DNA of 64,000 nucleotides from Scyliorhinus canicula (GCF_902713615.1 NC_052162.1:112495811-112559810), one strand, 5' to 3'. Shown: positions 45,735-59,265, numbered from the stretch's first letter. Program-made: numbers and translations. Notes: a model not told the origin generated them from the sequence alone.

Positions 45735-48700
45735 TACGGGATGTGGGCGTCTTGTTGGACCAGCATTTATTGCCCATCCCGAGGTGCCCTTCAGCGGGTA
45801 ATGGTGAGTTGCCTTCTTGAACCGCTGCAGACGAGTGTAGGTACACCCACTGTGCTGTTAGGGAGTGAGTTCCAGGGTGTTGCCCCAGCGACAGTGAAGG
45901 AACGGCGATCTGTTTCCAAGTCAGGGTGGTCACTGACTTGGAAGGGAAACCTACAGGTGGTTGTGTTCCCAAGTATCACTTCTCTTGTCCTTCTGGTAGT
46001 GGTCATGGGTTTGGAAGGTGCTGTTAAAGGAACCTTGGTGAGTTACTGCAGTGCATCTTGTAGATGTTGCACATGGCTACCAATGTTCATCGGTGGTAGA
46101 GGGTTTGAATGTTTGTGGAAGGAGGAGCAATCAAGCGGGATGCTTTGTGCTGGATGGTGTTGCGCATCTTGAGTGTTGTTGGAGCTGCACTCATCCAGGC
46201 AAGTGAAGAGTATTCTATCACACTCCCGACTTGTGCCTTGTAAATAGTGGACAGGCTTTAGGGGAGGATGCAGGAGGTGAGTTACTCGCCGTAGAATTCC
46301 TAGCCTTTGACCTGCCTTGGTAACCACAGTATTAATATGGCTAGTCTAGTTCAGCTTCTGATCAATGGTAACGCCCAGGATGTTGATTGTAGAGATTCAG
46401 CGATTTAAGGCCATTGAACGCCAAGGGGCGATGGTTAGATCCTTTCTTGTAGGTCATTGCTTGGCACTTTTTTGGTGCAAATGTAACTTGCCACTTGTTA
46501 GTCCAAGCCTAGATATTTGCAGGTCTTGCTGTATTTGGACATGGACTGCTTCATTATCTGAGGATTCTCGAATGGTGCTGAACATTGTACAGTCATCCAC
46601 AGACATCCCCACTTCTGACCTTATGATGGAAGGGAGATCATTGATGAAGCAGCTGAAGATGGTTGGGACTAGGACACTACCCTGAGGAACCTTTGGGGCC
46701 TCACGGTAGCATGGTGGTTAGCATCAATGCTTCACAGCTCCAGGGTCCCAGGTTCGATTCCCAGCTGGGTCACTGTCTGTGTGGAGTCTGCACGTCCTCC
46801 CCGTGTGTGCGTGGGTTTCCTCCGGGTGCTCCGGTTTCCTCCCACAGTCCAAAGATGTGCGGGTTAGGTGGATTGGATATGCTAAATTGCCCGTAGTGTA
46901 AGGTTAATGGGGGGATTGTTGGGTTACGTGGGTTTAAGTGGGGTGATCATTGTTCGGCACAACATCGAGGGCCGAAGGGCCTGTTCTGTGCTGTACTGTT
47001 CTATGTTCTATGAACCCCTGCAGTGATGTCCTGAGCGGAGATGATTGACCTCCAACCACCACAACCATCTTCCTTTGTACCAGGTCTGACTCCAACCAGC
47101 GGAGATTTTGCCCCAATTCCCATTGGCTCCCGTTAGCTAGGGCTCCTTGGTGCCATATGCGGTCAAATGCTGCCTAGATGTCAAGGGCAGTCACTCTCAC
47201 CTCGGGCATTCAGCTCTTTTGTCCATGTTTTACCCAAGGCTGTAATGAGGTCACGAGCTGAGTGATCCTGGCCAAACCCAAACTGAACGTCTATGAGCAG
47301 GTTATTGCTGAGTAAGTATAGTAAAATGAGTAATGATAGTAAAAGTTTCTTTCAATACATAAGAAACAAACGACAGGCCAAAGTAGACATTGGGCCAATT
47401 CAAACTGATTCCGGAAGGCTAGTGATGGGAGACGAGGAAATGGCTGGAGAACTTAATAAGTACTTTGCGTCTGTCTTCACAGTGGAAGACATGAGTAATA
47501 TCCCAAAAATTATAGAGGGTCAGGGGGCTGAGTTGAGTATGGTTGCCATTACAAAAGAGATGGTGCTAAAAAAGCTAAAAGGTCTTAAAATTGACAAATC
47601 TCCTGGCCCCGATGGGCTACATCCTAGAGTTCTGAGGGAGGTGGCTGAAGAAATAGCGGAAGCGTTGGTTGAGATCTTTCAGAAATCACTGGAGTCAGGG
47701 AAAGTCCCGGACGATTGGAAGATCGCTGTTGTAACCCCCTTGTTCAAGAAAGGATCAAGACAAAAGATGGAAAATTATAGGCCAATTAGCCTAACCTCGG
47801 TCGTTGGTAAAATTCTAGACTCGATCGTTAAGGATGAGATTTCTAAATTCTTGGAAGAGCAGGGTCGGATTAGAACAAGTCAACATGGATTTAGTAAGGG
47901 GAGGTCGTGCCTGACGAACCTGTTAGAATTCTTTGAGGAGGTGACAAGTAGGTTAGACCAGGGAAACCCAGTGGATGTGGTCTATCTGGATTTCCAAAAG
48001 GCCTTTGATAAGGTGCCACACAGGAGGCTGCTGAGTAAGGTGAGGGCCCATGGTGTTCGAGGTGAGCTACTGGCATGGGTTGAGGATTGGCTGTCTGACA
48101 GAAGGCAGAGAGTTGGGATAAAAGGTTCTTTTTCGGAATGGCAGCCGGTGACCAGCGGTGTCCCACAGGGTTCAGTATTGGGGCCGCAGCTGTTCACTAT
48201 ATATATTAATGATCTGGATGAAGGGACTGGGGGCATTCTAGCGAAGTTTGCCGATGATACGAAGTTAGGTGGTCAGGCAGGTAGTGCTGAGGAAGTGGGG
48301 AGGCTGCAGAAGGATCTAGACAGTTTGGGAGAGTGGTGCAGGAAATGGCTGATGCAATTCAACGTGAGAAAATGTGAGGTCTTGCACTTTGGAAAAAAAG
48401 AATCCAAGCATAGACTACTTTCTAAACGATGAGAAAATTAATAAAGCCAAAGTACAAAGGGATCTGGGAGTGCTAGTCGAGGATTCCCTAAAGGTAAACA
48501 TGCAGGTTGAATCTGTGATTAAGAAAGCGAATGCAATGTTGTCATTTATCGCAAGAGGGTTGGAATATAAAAGCAGCGATGTGCTACTGAGCCTTTATAA
48601 GGCTCTGGTTAGGCCCCATTTGGAGTACTGTGTCCAGTTTTGGGCCCCACATCTCAGGAAGGACATACTGGCACTGGAGCGTGTCCAGCGGAGATTCACA

Positions 48701-50090
48701 TGGATGATCCCTGGAATGGCAGGTCTAACATATGATGAACGGCTGAGGATCCTGGGATTGTATTCATTGGAGCTTAGAAGGTTAAGGGGAGATCTAATAG
48801 AAACTTACAAGATAATACATGGCTTAGAAAGGGTGGACGCAAAGAAACTGTTTCCGTTAGGCGAGGAGACGAGGACCCGTGGGCACAGCCTTAGAATTAG
48901 AGGGGGTAAATTCAGAACAGAAATGCGGAGACATTTCTTCAGCCAGAGAGTGGTGGGCCTGTGAAATTCATTGCCGCAGAGTGCAGTGGAGGCCGGGACG
49001 CTAAATGGCTTCAAGGCAGAGATAGATAAATTCTTGATGTCGTGAGGAATTAAGGGCTACGGGGAGAATGCTGGTAGGTGGAGTTGAAATGCCCATCAGC
49101 CATGATTGAATGGCGGAGTGGACTCGATGGGCCGAATGGCCTTACTTCCACTCCTATGTTTTATGGTCTTAAGTACCACTTGATAGCACGATTCACGACT
49201 CCTTCCATCACTTTGCTGATGATGGAGCAGGCTGATAGGGGGGTAATTGTGGCTGGGTTGCATTTGTCCTGTTTCTTGTGTACAGGATGCAGCTGGACAA
49301 TTTTCTACATTGCCATGTAGATGCCAGTGTTGTAGCTGTACTGGAACAGCTTGGCTAGGAGTGTGGCAAGTTCTGGAGCAAAGACTTCAGTACTATTGCT
49401 GGAATATTGTCAGCCTTTGCTGTATCCAGTGCCTTCAGCCGTACCTTGATACCACTTGGAGTGAATTGTATTGGCTGAAGACTGACATCTGTGATGCAAG
49501 GAGACCAAGATGGATCTGCCACTCGGCACATCTGGCTGAACATTGTTGCAAATACCTCATCCTTTTGCACATATATGCTGGGCTTCACTATTGAGAATGG
49601 GGATATTTGTGGAGCCTCCTCCAGTGAGTTGTTTAATTGCCCACTACCATTCACCGCTGGAAGTGGCAGGACTACAGAGCTTAGATCTGATGCATTTATT
49701 GTGGAATTGCTTAGCTGTCTTACTTGCTGCTTATGTTGTTTGGCACACAAGTAGTCCTGTAGCTTCACCAGGTTGACACCTCATTTTTCGGTATGCCTGA
49801 TGTTTCCCCTGGCACGCTCTCCTGCACTCATCATTGAACCAGGGTTGATCCCCTGGCTTGGTGGTAATGGTAGAGTGGGGGATATGCCAGGCCATGAGGT
49901 TGCAGGTTGTGGTTGAATACAATTCTGCTGCTGCTGATGGCCCACAGTACCTCATGGATGGCCCAGTCTTGAATTATTAGATTTGTTCGAAGTCTATTCC
50001 ATTTAGCACGGTGTAGTGCCACACAACCCGATATTGTCATTAACAGATTCATCTGCAGCAGGCAGAATGGTGACGATGAGGTCAAGTATC
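45735..50090 (-). mobile_element. Decayed CR1/L2-group LINE, interrupted by a younger CR1 and a SINE
   Basis: 'KPGDQPWFNDECRRAC', 'LDTAKA.DNIP', 'KAGQRLGILRR', 'RRSFTVAGATPWNSLP'; 3' UTR ATTTATTGCCCATCCC also seen at 42130-42330 and 62460-62625. Confidence 0.7.
47319..49169 (+). mobile_element. Young 5'-truncated CR1/HER1 LINE with near-intact RT
   Basis: ORFs 47293..48432 and 48374..48964 are separated by a single frameshift at an A-run near 48395; VPQGSVLGP and FADD motifs; TSD TAAGTA (47313-47318 / 49170-49175). Confidence 0.95.
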
Positions 50091-50447
50091 AAGTGTCTAA
50101 AAGGAACCTACAGCTCCTGACTAGTTACAGACCATTCCGGGGACAGGAATGTTGTCACAGAATTTATTAAGTTAATTGTAAAAGTACAAAATCACAATAA
50201 TTAACAAAGGCAGTGGATCTCGACTTCTGGGTGACTGTGGCACTATCTCTTGTTCTGTTGACCAAAGTCTATCTTTTTACTTCATGTTGTGTTGTGCACC
50301 GAGCTCCAGAGAATTATAGCTCATTAACCCTTTCTAGCAGCTGCGTCTATTCAGGTCGGTAGTATCCTGCAGTTCTGATTGGCCCAAGCAGCACATGAAC
50401 AGTCCCTGATTGGTTAAATGGTGTCCAATTCGTCTCCGAAGGATGTT

Positions 50448-50615
50448 GGTCACCTTGCTGATGTCATATTGCATTAACATGGGCACCTTCCTGATGTCAC
50501 TTCCCATTAACTTGATCACCTTTGCTGATGTCACTTCCCATTAACTCTGCCATCTTGCTGATGTCACTTCCCATTAACTTGGTCACCTTTGCAGATGTCA
50601 CTTCCTATTAACTCC
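50448..50615. repeat. Degenerate 33-34-bp tandem repeat x5 (CACCTTGCTGATGTCACTTCCCATTAAC)
   Basis: Five visible units flanked by ATTGG (reverse CCAAT) boxes. Confidence 0.8.
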
Positions 50616-52689
50616 TAATTGGTTGCGCAGCATCTCAAGTCACTTGGGGTAACATCCTTTTCTTTAAATTATTTTGATCCCATCCTTAAAAGTTACAAAT
50701 CCAATGCACAGAGTGGACAGGGGAAGCCCTTCATCCGTCTCAATGCTTGCTCCAAAACCCAATTCAAATTGAATCCCATTTAAGCTCTCCACAAGAGAGA
50801 CATACAAGATCCAAGCTGACAAGAAAATGCATTGCATCTCATCTTGGGTTTGATCTTAGCCAAAAAGCGATTGCTGTCCCCTGCTTTATATTAAGTTTAC
50901 CGCTTTGGTACTGAGATAACAAGGCAACACAGGTAAATTGTGTCGACAGAGTTGTAATAAGAGGATGGTTGGTGTCACTTCATGATTGATATTCGTCAGG
51001 CTCATCGTCCTCATGGATACCAGAGAACTATAGAATGCCACACGGTTCAGGAGGTCATTCGGCCCGTCGAGTTTGCACCTACCCTCTAAAACAGACCCCT
51101 ACCTCAGCCCACCCTATCTCCGTAACCCCACCTAACCTGCACATCTTTGGACACAAAGGGGTAATTTTGCACAGCCAATCCACCCAACCGGCACATCTTT
51201 GGGCTGTGGGAGGGAATTGGAGCACCCGGAGGAAACCCACGCAGACACAGGGGAAAGAGCAAACTCCACACAGTCACCCAAGGGCAGAATTGAACTTGGT
51301 CCCTGGTGCTGTAAAGCAGCAGTGCTAACCACTGTGTCACTGTGCCGAGATGATGCATCTCAGGTGTTATGTGTAACTTCTTAGTGACGGCTGATGCCTG
51401 AAGCAAGTTACTTAAATACAAATAACTGAAAGTACACAAGATACACAATCTTAAACTAAACAGCAATTACTATAAAACATAGAAAATAAATCCATAAAGG
51501 CGATTGATGTACTAAAGTTCAAGTAACAAGATACACATTACAAAATACCATTTTCTATTAATAAATTACATGTTCATAGGAAGTAAAATTCACAGAAACT
51601 ACATAACTAAAACACCATTACAGAAACTGATAATAAAACCCACACCCACGCAGAAAATCTGTGTATACTTTGAAGGAAAGTGACGATTTCACTTTAAGTT
51701 GAAAAATGAGTATGATTTAAGACATAGCATTTCTCCAACATTGACACAATTAAACTACGGGAAACATCACATGTATTCCCTAATCCGATCTGGCGACTAA
51801 TCTGGCGACTAGAAACTTTTCACAGTAACTTCATTGCAGTGTTAATTTGAGAATGAAATGAAATGAAAATCGCTTATTGTCACGAATAGGCTTCAATGAA
51901 GTTACTGTGAAAAGCCCCTAGTCGCCACATTCCGGCGCCTGTTCGGGGAGGCTGGTACGGGAATTGAACCGTGCTGCTGGCCTGCCTTGGTCTGCTTTCA
52001 AAGCCAGCAATTTAGCCCTGTGCCTAACTTAATTTAATTTAATCCTACTTGCGAATAAAGATTATTATCTTGCCATAAAATGTAATAGATTCTCATTCAG
52101 CATTAGTCCTGTGGTAAAACCATAACGTAACCCTACTTTGGCTTCAGACAATATGGCACAAGTCACTTGTCAAGGAGGAGTGCACCTGAAGACAGACACT
52201 CGCATAGCATGATACTATTTTGAGTGAATTGATTGGGCAACACGGCAGCACAGTGGTCAGCACGGTTGCATCACAGCGGCAGGGTCACAGGTTCGATTCC
52301 CGGCTTGGGTCACTGTGTGGAGTCTGCACGTTCTCCCTGCGTCTGCGTGGGTTTCCTCCGGGTGCTCCAGTTTCCTCCCACAAGTCCTGAAAGACGTGCT
52401 GTTAGGTAATCTGGACATTCTGAATTCTCACTCTGTGAACCCAACCAAGCTCCAGAATGTGGCGACTAGGGGCTTTTCACAGTAACTTCATTGCAGTGTT
52501 AATGTGAGCCTACTTGTGACAATAAAGATTGGTATATTATTATGATGCACATTGGTTCTATGATAACTGAACCAAAATTAAAATGACTGAACATGAACTT
52601 TTCTACAATATTATGATCACTGTTACCTAGATGCTCCATCACCACGTTTTTTCATTAATCTTGTCTCACTGCACATTGAAGCCTCAGAT

Positions 52690-53190
52690 AGATTGCTCCC
52701 TGTTTGAATCCAGAAGGAACTGCACTACAAAATTCTCTCCAAAAACATTTATGAACCCATGTTTCAGGATATCTTTCCAATCTGATTCTCTCAATCTACA
52801 TTTGCTTAAAGTCACCCATGATTATTGTGGTACATTAATTACAAGCCTTACTTAATATTTCCTGTACACTCTACCTACAGTGTAATTACTGTTAGGAGGC
52901 TCATTAATTATTCCCACAAGAGGCATTTTATCTTTACTGTTTCTTATCTTGACCCAAAGTGATTCTACATCCTGTTCTTTCAAGCTAAGATGTTCTCTCA
53001 GTACCAAACTAATGTAATCCTTACTTAACAGGAGTGACCCCGTCACCTTTTACTAGCTTCCTGCATTCTGAATACAGGCCATCATTTGGAACCCAGCCTT
53101 GGTCACGTTTCAACCAAGTGTCTGTAATGTCTATCAGGACACACACATTTATCTCTATCCGCGCTGACAATTTATCCCTTTGTTACAAAT
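52690..53190 (-). mobile_element. CR1 endonuclease-domain fragment
   Basis: 'DVESLWVKIRNSKDKMPLVGIINEPPNS'. Confidence 0.7.
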
Positions 53191-53249
53191 GCTTTTAGGG
53201 GTTCAATATTCCAATAAAGATTTCATAAGATACCTCTTTACCGACCGAG

Positions 53250-55250
53250 TGGGTAGTGGGTGCCTGGAACTCGCTGCCGGAGGAGGTGGTGGAAGCAGGG
53301 ACGATAGTGACGTTTAAGGGGCATCTTGACAAATACATGAATAGGATGGGAAGAGAGGGATACGGACCCAGGAAGTGTAGAATATTTTTGTTCAGACGGG
53401 CAGCATGGTCGGCGCAGGCTTGGAGGGCCGAAGGGCCTGTTCCTGTGCTGTACTTTTCTTTGTTCTTTGTTTGTTCTTTGAGTGGGTGAGAATCTGGAAC
53501 TTGCTACCAGTGAGTGGTTGAGATGAACAGCATGAACACATTGAAGGGGAAGCTAGATACATACATGAGGGAGAAAGGAATAGAAGGATATGCTGAGAAG
53601 GGGAGACAAAGAGGGGTGGGTGAAGGTTCATGTGGAGCATGAAGAGACCTATTGAGCTGACTGGCCTGGCCCTGTGCTGTAGACTCAATGGAACAGAGAC
53701 AAATGTATTTAGTTTAGATCTACCTGTAGTGGAAGGAAAAACATAATTTGTTATTCAGGGTAAAATAAATGTCCCTCATCAGCTTTTGTGGATCATTCCA
53801 GTGGAAATGTGCTCTCCCAGGCTCAAAGAGCATCAGCCCATTGGAAGCAAAGTGGTGAAACCGGCCAGAATATACCCATTGTATAGAACTTGGTTAGACC
53901 ACAGCTGGAGTATTGAGCGCAGTTTTACTGCCCTTACCTTAGGAAGATATTATTGTCACAGAGGGAGTGTAATGAAGGTTCTTCGGGGGATGGCAGGAAT
54001 GTCCTATGAAGAGAGAGATTGGGGAAACCGGGCCTGCGTTCTCTAGAGTTACGAATAATAAGACACAAGATCTCAATGAAACTTATGAAATATTTAAAGG
54101 AATAGACAGGGTGGGTGCAGGTGAGATGTATCCCCGGGTTGGGGAGTCTAGAACCAGGGGACACAATTTCAAAATAAGGGGGAAGCCACATGGGACTGGT
54201 CTCGGAGGAGACATTTCTTTACTCAGAAGGTTGTGAATCTTTGAAATTCTCTACCCCAGAGGGCTGTGGGAGCTCAGTCACTGAGTGTGTTTAAAGCAGA
54301 GACTGACAGATTTCTAACTACCAATAACACAAAGGGATATGGGGATAGTGTGGGGAAAAATGAATTGAAGTGGATGGTCAGCCAGCATCGCATTGAATGG
54401 CAGAACAGGCTTGATGGGTTGAATGGCCAACTCCTGCTCCTATGTTCCAATGATACAAAGATAGGTAGGAAAGTAAATTGTGAAGAGGACATAAGGAGGT
54501 TACAAAGGGATATAGATAGGTTAAGTGAGTGGGAAAAGGTCTGGGAGATGCAGAATAATGTGGGAAAATGTGAAATTGTCCATTTTGGCAGGAGGAATAA
54601 AAACAAAGATTGCAGAGCTCTGAGACTCCGAGGGATCTGGGTGTCCAAGAGCATGAATCACAAAAGGCGAGTGTACAGGTACAGCAAGTAATTAGGAAAG
54701 CTAATAGAATGTTATTGTTTATTGTGAGGGGAATTGAATACAAAAGTAGGGAGGTTATGCTTCAGTTCTACAGGACATTGGTGAGACCACATCTGGGGCA
54801 CTGTGTACAGTATTGCTCTCATTTAAGGAATGATGTCAATGTGTTGGAAGCAGTTCAGAGAAGGTTTACTGGACTCATACCTGGAATTGGAGGCTGGTCT
54901 TATGAGGAATGATTGGACAGGCTGGGCTTGTGTCCGATGGAGTTTAGGTGACTTGATTGAACCGTATAAGATCCTGAGGGGCCTCGACAGGGAGGATGTG
55001 GAAAGGATGTTTCCTCTTGTGGGAGAATCTAGAAATTGGACTCACTTCTTTGGAACTCTCTTCCTCAAAGGGCAGTGGAAGCAGAATATTTTATGACAGA
55101 CCGGGACATATTCTTGATCAGCAAGGGGGTGAAAGGTTATCGGGGGGTCAGCGGGAATGTGGAGTTGAGGTTACAATCAGATCAGCCAGGAACTTATTGA
55201 ATAGTGGAGCAGGCTCGAGGGGCCGAGTGGCCAGCTCCTAATCCGAATGT
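53250..55250 (+). mobile_element. Cluster of CR1 LINE 3' fragments
   Basis: Repeated 'RTLVRPHL..C', 'RTRGH' and 'WNSLP' motifs, and CR1 3' UTRs at about 53460, 53690, 54445 and 55250. Confidence 0.8.
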
Positions 55251-55269
55251 TATCACATCCTTTATAATA

Positions 55270-56100
55270 GATTGTTGCATTTTCCCTCCTACTGATGTCA
55301 GGCTAATGGGTCTGTGGTTCCCCGTTTTCTCTCTCCCCCCTTAAATAGTGGGGTGACATTGACCACCTTCCAGTCCGCAGGAACCATTCCAGAATCTATA
55401 GAATTTTGAAAGATGATCACCAATGTATCCACTATCTCTACAGTCGCCTCTTTCAACACTCTGGGATGTAGAGCATCAGCTTTTGGGGATTTATTAACTT
55501 TCAATCCCATTAATTTCTCCAGTGCTACTTTTTCACTAATACTAATCTCTTTCAGTTCCTCGTGCTCACTAGTCCCCTTGGTTCTCTGGTGTTTTGCGGA
55601 CAATTTCTGTATCTTCCTCCGTGAAGACAGACACACATTGTTTAGTTTCTCTGCCATTTCCTTATTCCCCATTATAAACTCTCCTGTCTCTGCCTGGAAT
55701 AGACCCACATTGGTCTTTGCTAATCTTTTCCTTTTCACATTCCTATAGGAGCTTTTCCAGTCGGTTTTTATGTTTCTCCCCAGTTTGCTCTCATATTCTA
55801 TTTTCTCTTTATCAGTTTCTTGGTCCTCCTTTGCTGAATTCTAAAACAAGTTCCCAGTCCTCAGCTTACTCCTATTTTTTCCACGTTATGAGCCTCTTCC
55901 CTTGATCTGATGGAATCTTTAAACCTGTTAGCCACGGCTGCATCATTTTCCTGTTGGAATTTTGTTCCTCAAAGGAACTTATATTTTATGTAAATATGTA
56001 ATAATTCTTTAAATGTTCTTGATTGCCTGTCTATTGTCATACGTTTTATTGTAAGTTCCCAGTCTACTACAGACAACTTGCCTCTCGTACCATGAATTTC
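55270..56100 (-). mobile_element. Old CR1 fragment downstream of the minus-strand ZNF
   Basis: ORF 55298..55738(-) 'KSPKADALHPRVLKE...PADWKVVNVTPLFK'. Confidence 0.8.
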
Positions 56101-56496
56101 CTTATGTGAGAAACATCCAGATAAATTAAACAAAAGAGCCATGCAACTACCACTGCCCATCTTCATGGCAACCTGGCATGTTTTGGAGGGTTCCAAACAG
56201 AAATGGGAACTAAGTGTCTTCTAACTTCCAAACACCCGCTGTGATCCTTGTGAAATTTGAAACCAGGTATTTGCAAGAAGGCTCAAACAGCATCAGCCCA
56301 CAGGAGGCAAAGTCATGAGACCGGCCAGTCCAGCAGAAAGAAACCCTCCAACCCTCCCCATTGTCAGAATGAATAAAATGCAGTCCTGGATTTAATTGAC
56401 AGCATAACCAATAACAGCAGAGTCCAGCCCTTGGTATTTCTACTGAACCTGTTGGTGTCTCAGCAGCTGCGATGAATCACAAAATCCCTTCCCACA

Positions 56497-57267
56497 TTAT
56501 GGCTTCTCCTCAGTGTGAACTCGCTGATGTTTCTGCAACATGGATAAATTTCTGAATAACTTCTCACACTGAGAGCAGGTGAACGGCCTCTCCCCAGTGT
56601 GAACTCGCTGGTGTGTCCGTAGGTTTGACGATTGATTGAATCCCTTCCCACATTGAGAGCAGGAGAACGGCTTCTCCCCAGTGTGAACTCGCTGGTGTGA
56701 CTGCAGGTTGGATAACTGACTGAATCCCTTCCCACACTGAGAGCAGGTGAACGTCTTTTCCCCAGTGTGAACTCGCTGATGTCTCTGCAGGTTGGGTAAG
56801 CAACTGAATCCCTTCTCACACTGAGGGCAGGTGAACGGCCTCTCCCCAGTGTGAACTCGCTGGTGTGACTGCAGGCTGGGTAACTGAGTGAATCCCTTCC
56901 CACACTGAGAGCAGGTGAATGGCTTCTCCCCAGTGTGAATGCGTCGATGTCTCTGCAGGGTGGATGACTGTCTGAATCCCTTCCCACACTGAGAGCAGGT
57001 AAATGGCTTGTCGCCAGTGTGAACTCGTCGGTGTGTCTGCAGCTGGGATAACTGAGTGAATCCCTTCCCACACTGAGAGCAGGTGAACGGCCTCTCCCCA
57101 GTGTGAACTCGCTGGTGTGCCTGCAGGTTGGATAAGCAAGTGAATCCCTTCTCACAGTGAGAGCAGGTGAACGGCCTCTCCCCAGTGTGAACGCGTCGAT
57201 GAGCTTCCAGCAAACATGGGGCTCTGAATCCCTTCCCACAGTCCCCACATTTCCACGGTTTCTCCAT
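56497..57267 (-). CDS. C2H2 zinc-finger protein, 9 tandem fingers, no visible effector domain (exon 2 starts at 57615)
   Basis: Open [17 protein letters not shown]...HQRVHTEEKP*; acceptor TTTTTACAG on the minus strand at 57616; paralogue of 19562-20407. Confidence 0.85.
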   Translation of the reverse strand: MEKPWKCGDCGKGFRAPCLLEAHRRVHTGERPFTCSHCEKGFTCLSNLQAHQRVHTGERPFTCSQCGKGFTQLSQLQTHRRVHTGDKPFTCSQCGKGFRQSSTLQRHRRIHTGEKPFTCSQCGKGFTQLPSLQSHQRVHTGERPFTCPQCEKGFSCLPNLQRHQRVHTGEKTFTCSQCGKGFSQLSNLQSHQRVHTGEKPFSCSQCGKGFNQSSNLRTHQRVHTGERPFTCSQCEKLFRNLSMLQKHQRVHTEEKP

Positions 57268-59265
57268 GTTTTGGGTCTCCTCGTGTCTCTCCAGGTCGGA
57301 CAATCAGCTGAAGCCTCGTCCACACCCAGAACACGTGTACAGTCCCTCCCCGCTGTGAATGGTGATGTGTTTTCAGGCTGTGTAACTGGTTAAAGCTCTT
57401 TCCACAGTCAGTGTTCTGGAACACTCTCACTTGGGTGTGTGTGTCTCGGTGCTTTTCCAGTCACACTGATGGTTAAAATCTTTTGATGCCGACAGATCCG
57501 GCAAATATTACTCCTTCGAGATTCAAAGGCCGATGATAATCAGATCCCAAGGATTCAGTCAAAGTGAGACGCGACAATGGAGATTTCTGTCTGTAATTCC
57601 TCCTCTTCTAATATCCTGTAAAAATAATTTGAATCATCACCGTCAGTACAGGATAGAAATTCAGAACAGACAATTCTAGTTTCTCTGGAACATTCTTTCC
57701 TCTCTCATTCCCCAAAAGCTGTAAATCTCCATCCCACACACTCTCCCTCCATTCTCACTCTGCTGTATCTAATATTCACCCTCCCAATTCTCCTGAAGGT
57801 GCTGATTCAAGCTGATTGACAGATCCCTGCTCACTGCTTCCTGTCCTAGGCACAGAGACCATAACAAATCGGAGTTGCAGTCGGCCAATCGGCCCATCGA
57901 GCCTGCTCAACCATTCAATGAGATCATTGTCCGATTTACCTCAGCACCATTTCCCCACACTATCCCCCATATCCCTCAATATCTTCAATATCGAGAAATC
58001 TATTATTTTTAAAAAATTAAATTTAGTGTACCCAATAATTTTTTTTTCCAATTAAGGGGCAATTTAGCGTGGCCAATCCACCTAGCCTGCACATCTTTGG
58101 GTTGTGGGGGTGGAACCCTCACAGACACGGGGAGAATGTGCAAACTCCACACGGGCAGTGCCCCAGAGCCGGGATCGAACCTGGGGCATCGGTGCCGTGA
58201 GGCAGCAGGGCTAACCACAAAATTGCTGCCACAAAACCTATTATGTGGACTATAATGGACGTGTCTACTCGATTCCTGAAGGCAATTCCATTAAGAAACA
58301 TCTAAGCGGGTTGGAGAGGAGCTAACCACATTTTCTACGAGGCATGGACTATCAAAAGAAATTCAAGAAGAACCGGGATCCAGTTTTTCTGCCAAAGTTA
58401 TTCAAGGAAGCTATGGATAGATTAGGAGCAAAGCAATTTAACTCAATCATTCATCATCCTAAATTAGAAAGATGGATAAAACTCTAAAGACCATGTTGAG
58501 AGCTTGTAGTCAGGATTATCCAGAGGATTGGGGTGAACAAATCCCATTTGTTCTATTTGCAATTAGGGATGCACCTAATGAATCAGCTAAATTCAGTCCA
58601 TTCAAATAGATTTTTGGTCATGAGGTGATATGAGATGAAAGGACCACTTAAATTGATCAGAGAATAATAACAATAATAATAATAATCGCTTGTCACGAGT
58701 AGGCTTCAATGAAGTTACTGTGAATAGCACCTAGTCGCCACATTCCGGCGCCTGTTCGGGGAGGCCGGTACGGGAATTGAACCGTGCTGCTGGCCTTGTT
58801 CTAGCCAACTGCGCTAAACCAGCTGAGCCAGCCGTCAGAGACTACGTTATTGGACTATGTGTCAAACTTTAGGGAGACATTAACTAGGGCTGGTGTGTGT
58901 TTGTCAGAAAACATTTGGAATTGTCACAACAGGTGATGAAGAAAGAGGACGAGAAGAAATCAGAAATTAGTAATTTTGTGAGTGGGGAGAAGGGACTAGT
59001 TTGTTACCACTTGATAGGGGAGCCATTGAAAGCAAAATTTCGTAGGCCTTATCAGATTGAAAGGAAACTGAATGAGGTGAATTCAGACAGACGGAAAACT
59101 CATTGTGTCAGGTTAATATGCTCAAAAGGTACTTTGACAAGAAAGAAAGGAGGAAGAGATAAATCCAGATGATTCGGAGTTCGACATTCCTCAAATTAAA
59201 TTGGACAATGAGGAAGCATTCTGACGCGACCATCAATTCACGCGAAACAGAGAGTAGATGTAAAC

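Noticed and set aside
56460-57323. 287-aa alternative-frame ORF over the ZNF (also 19980..20294 and 20092..20715)
   Set aside because: Stop-poor alternative frames are an expected property of tandem C2H2 repeats; no independent evidence of translation.
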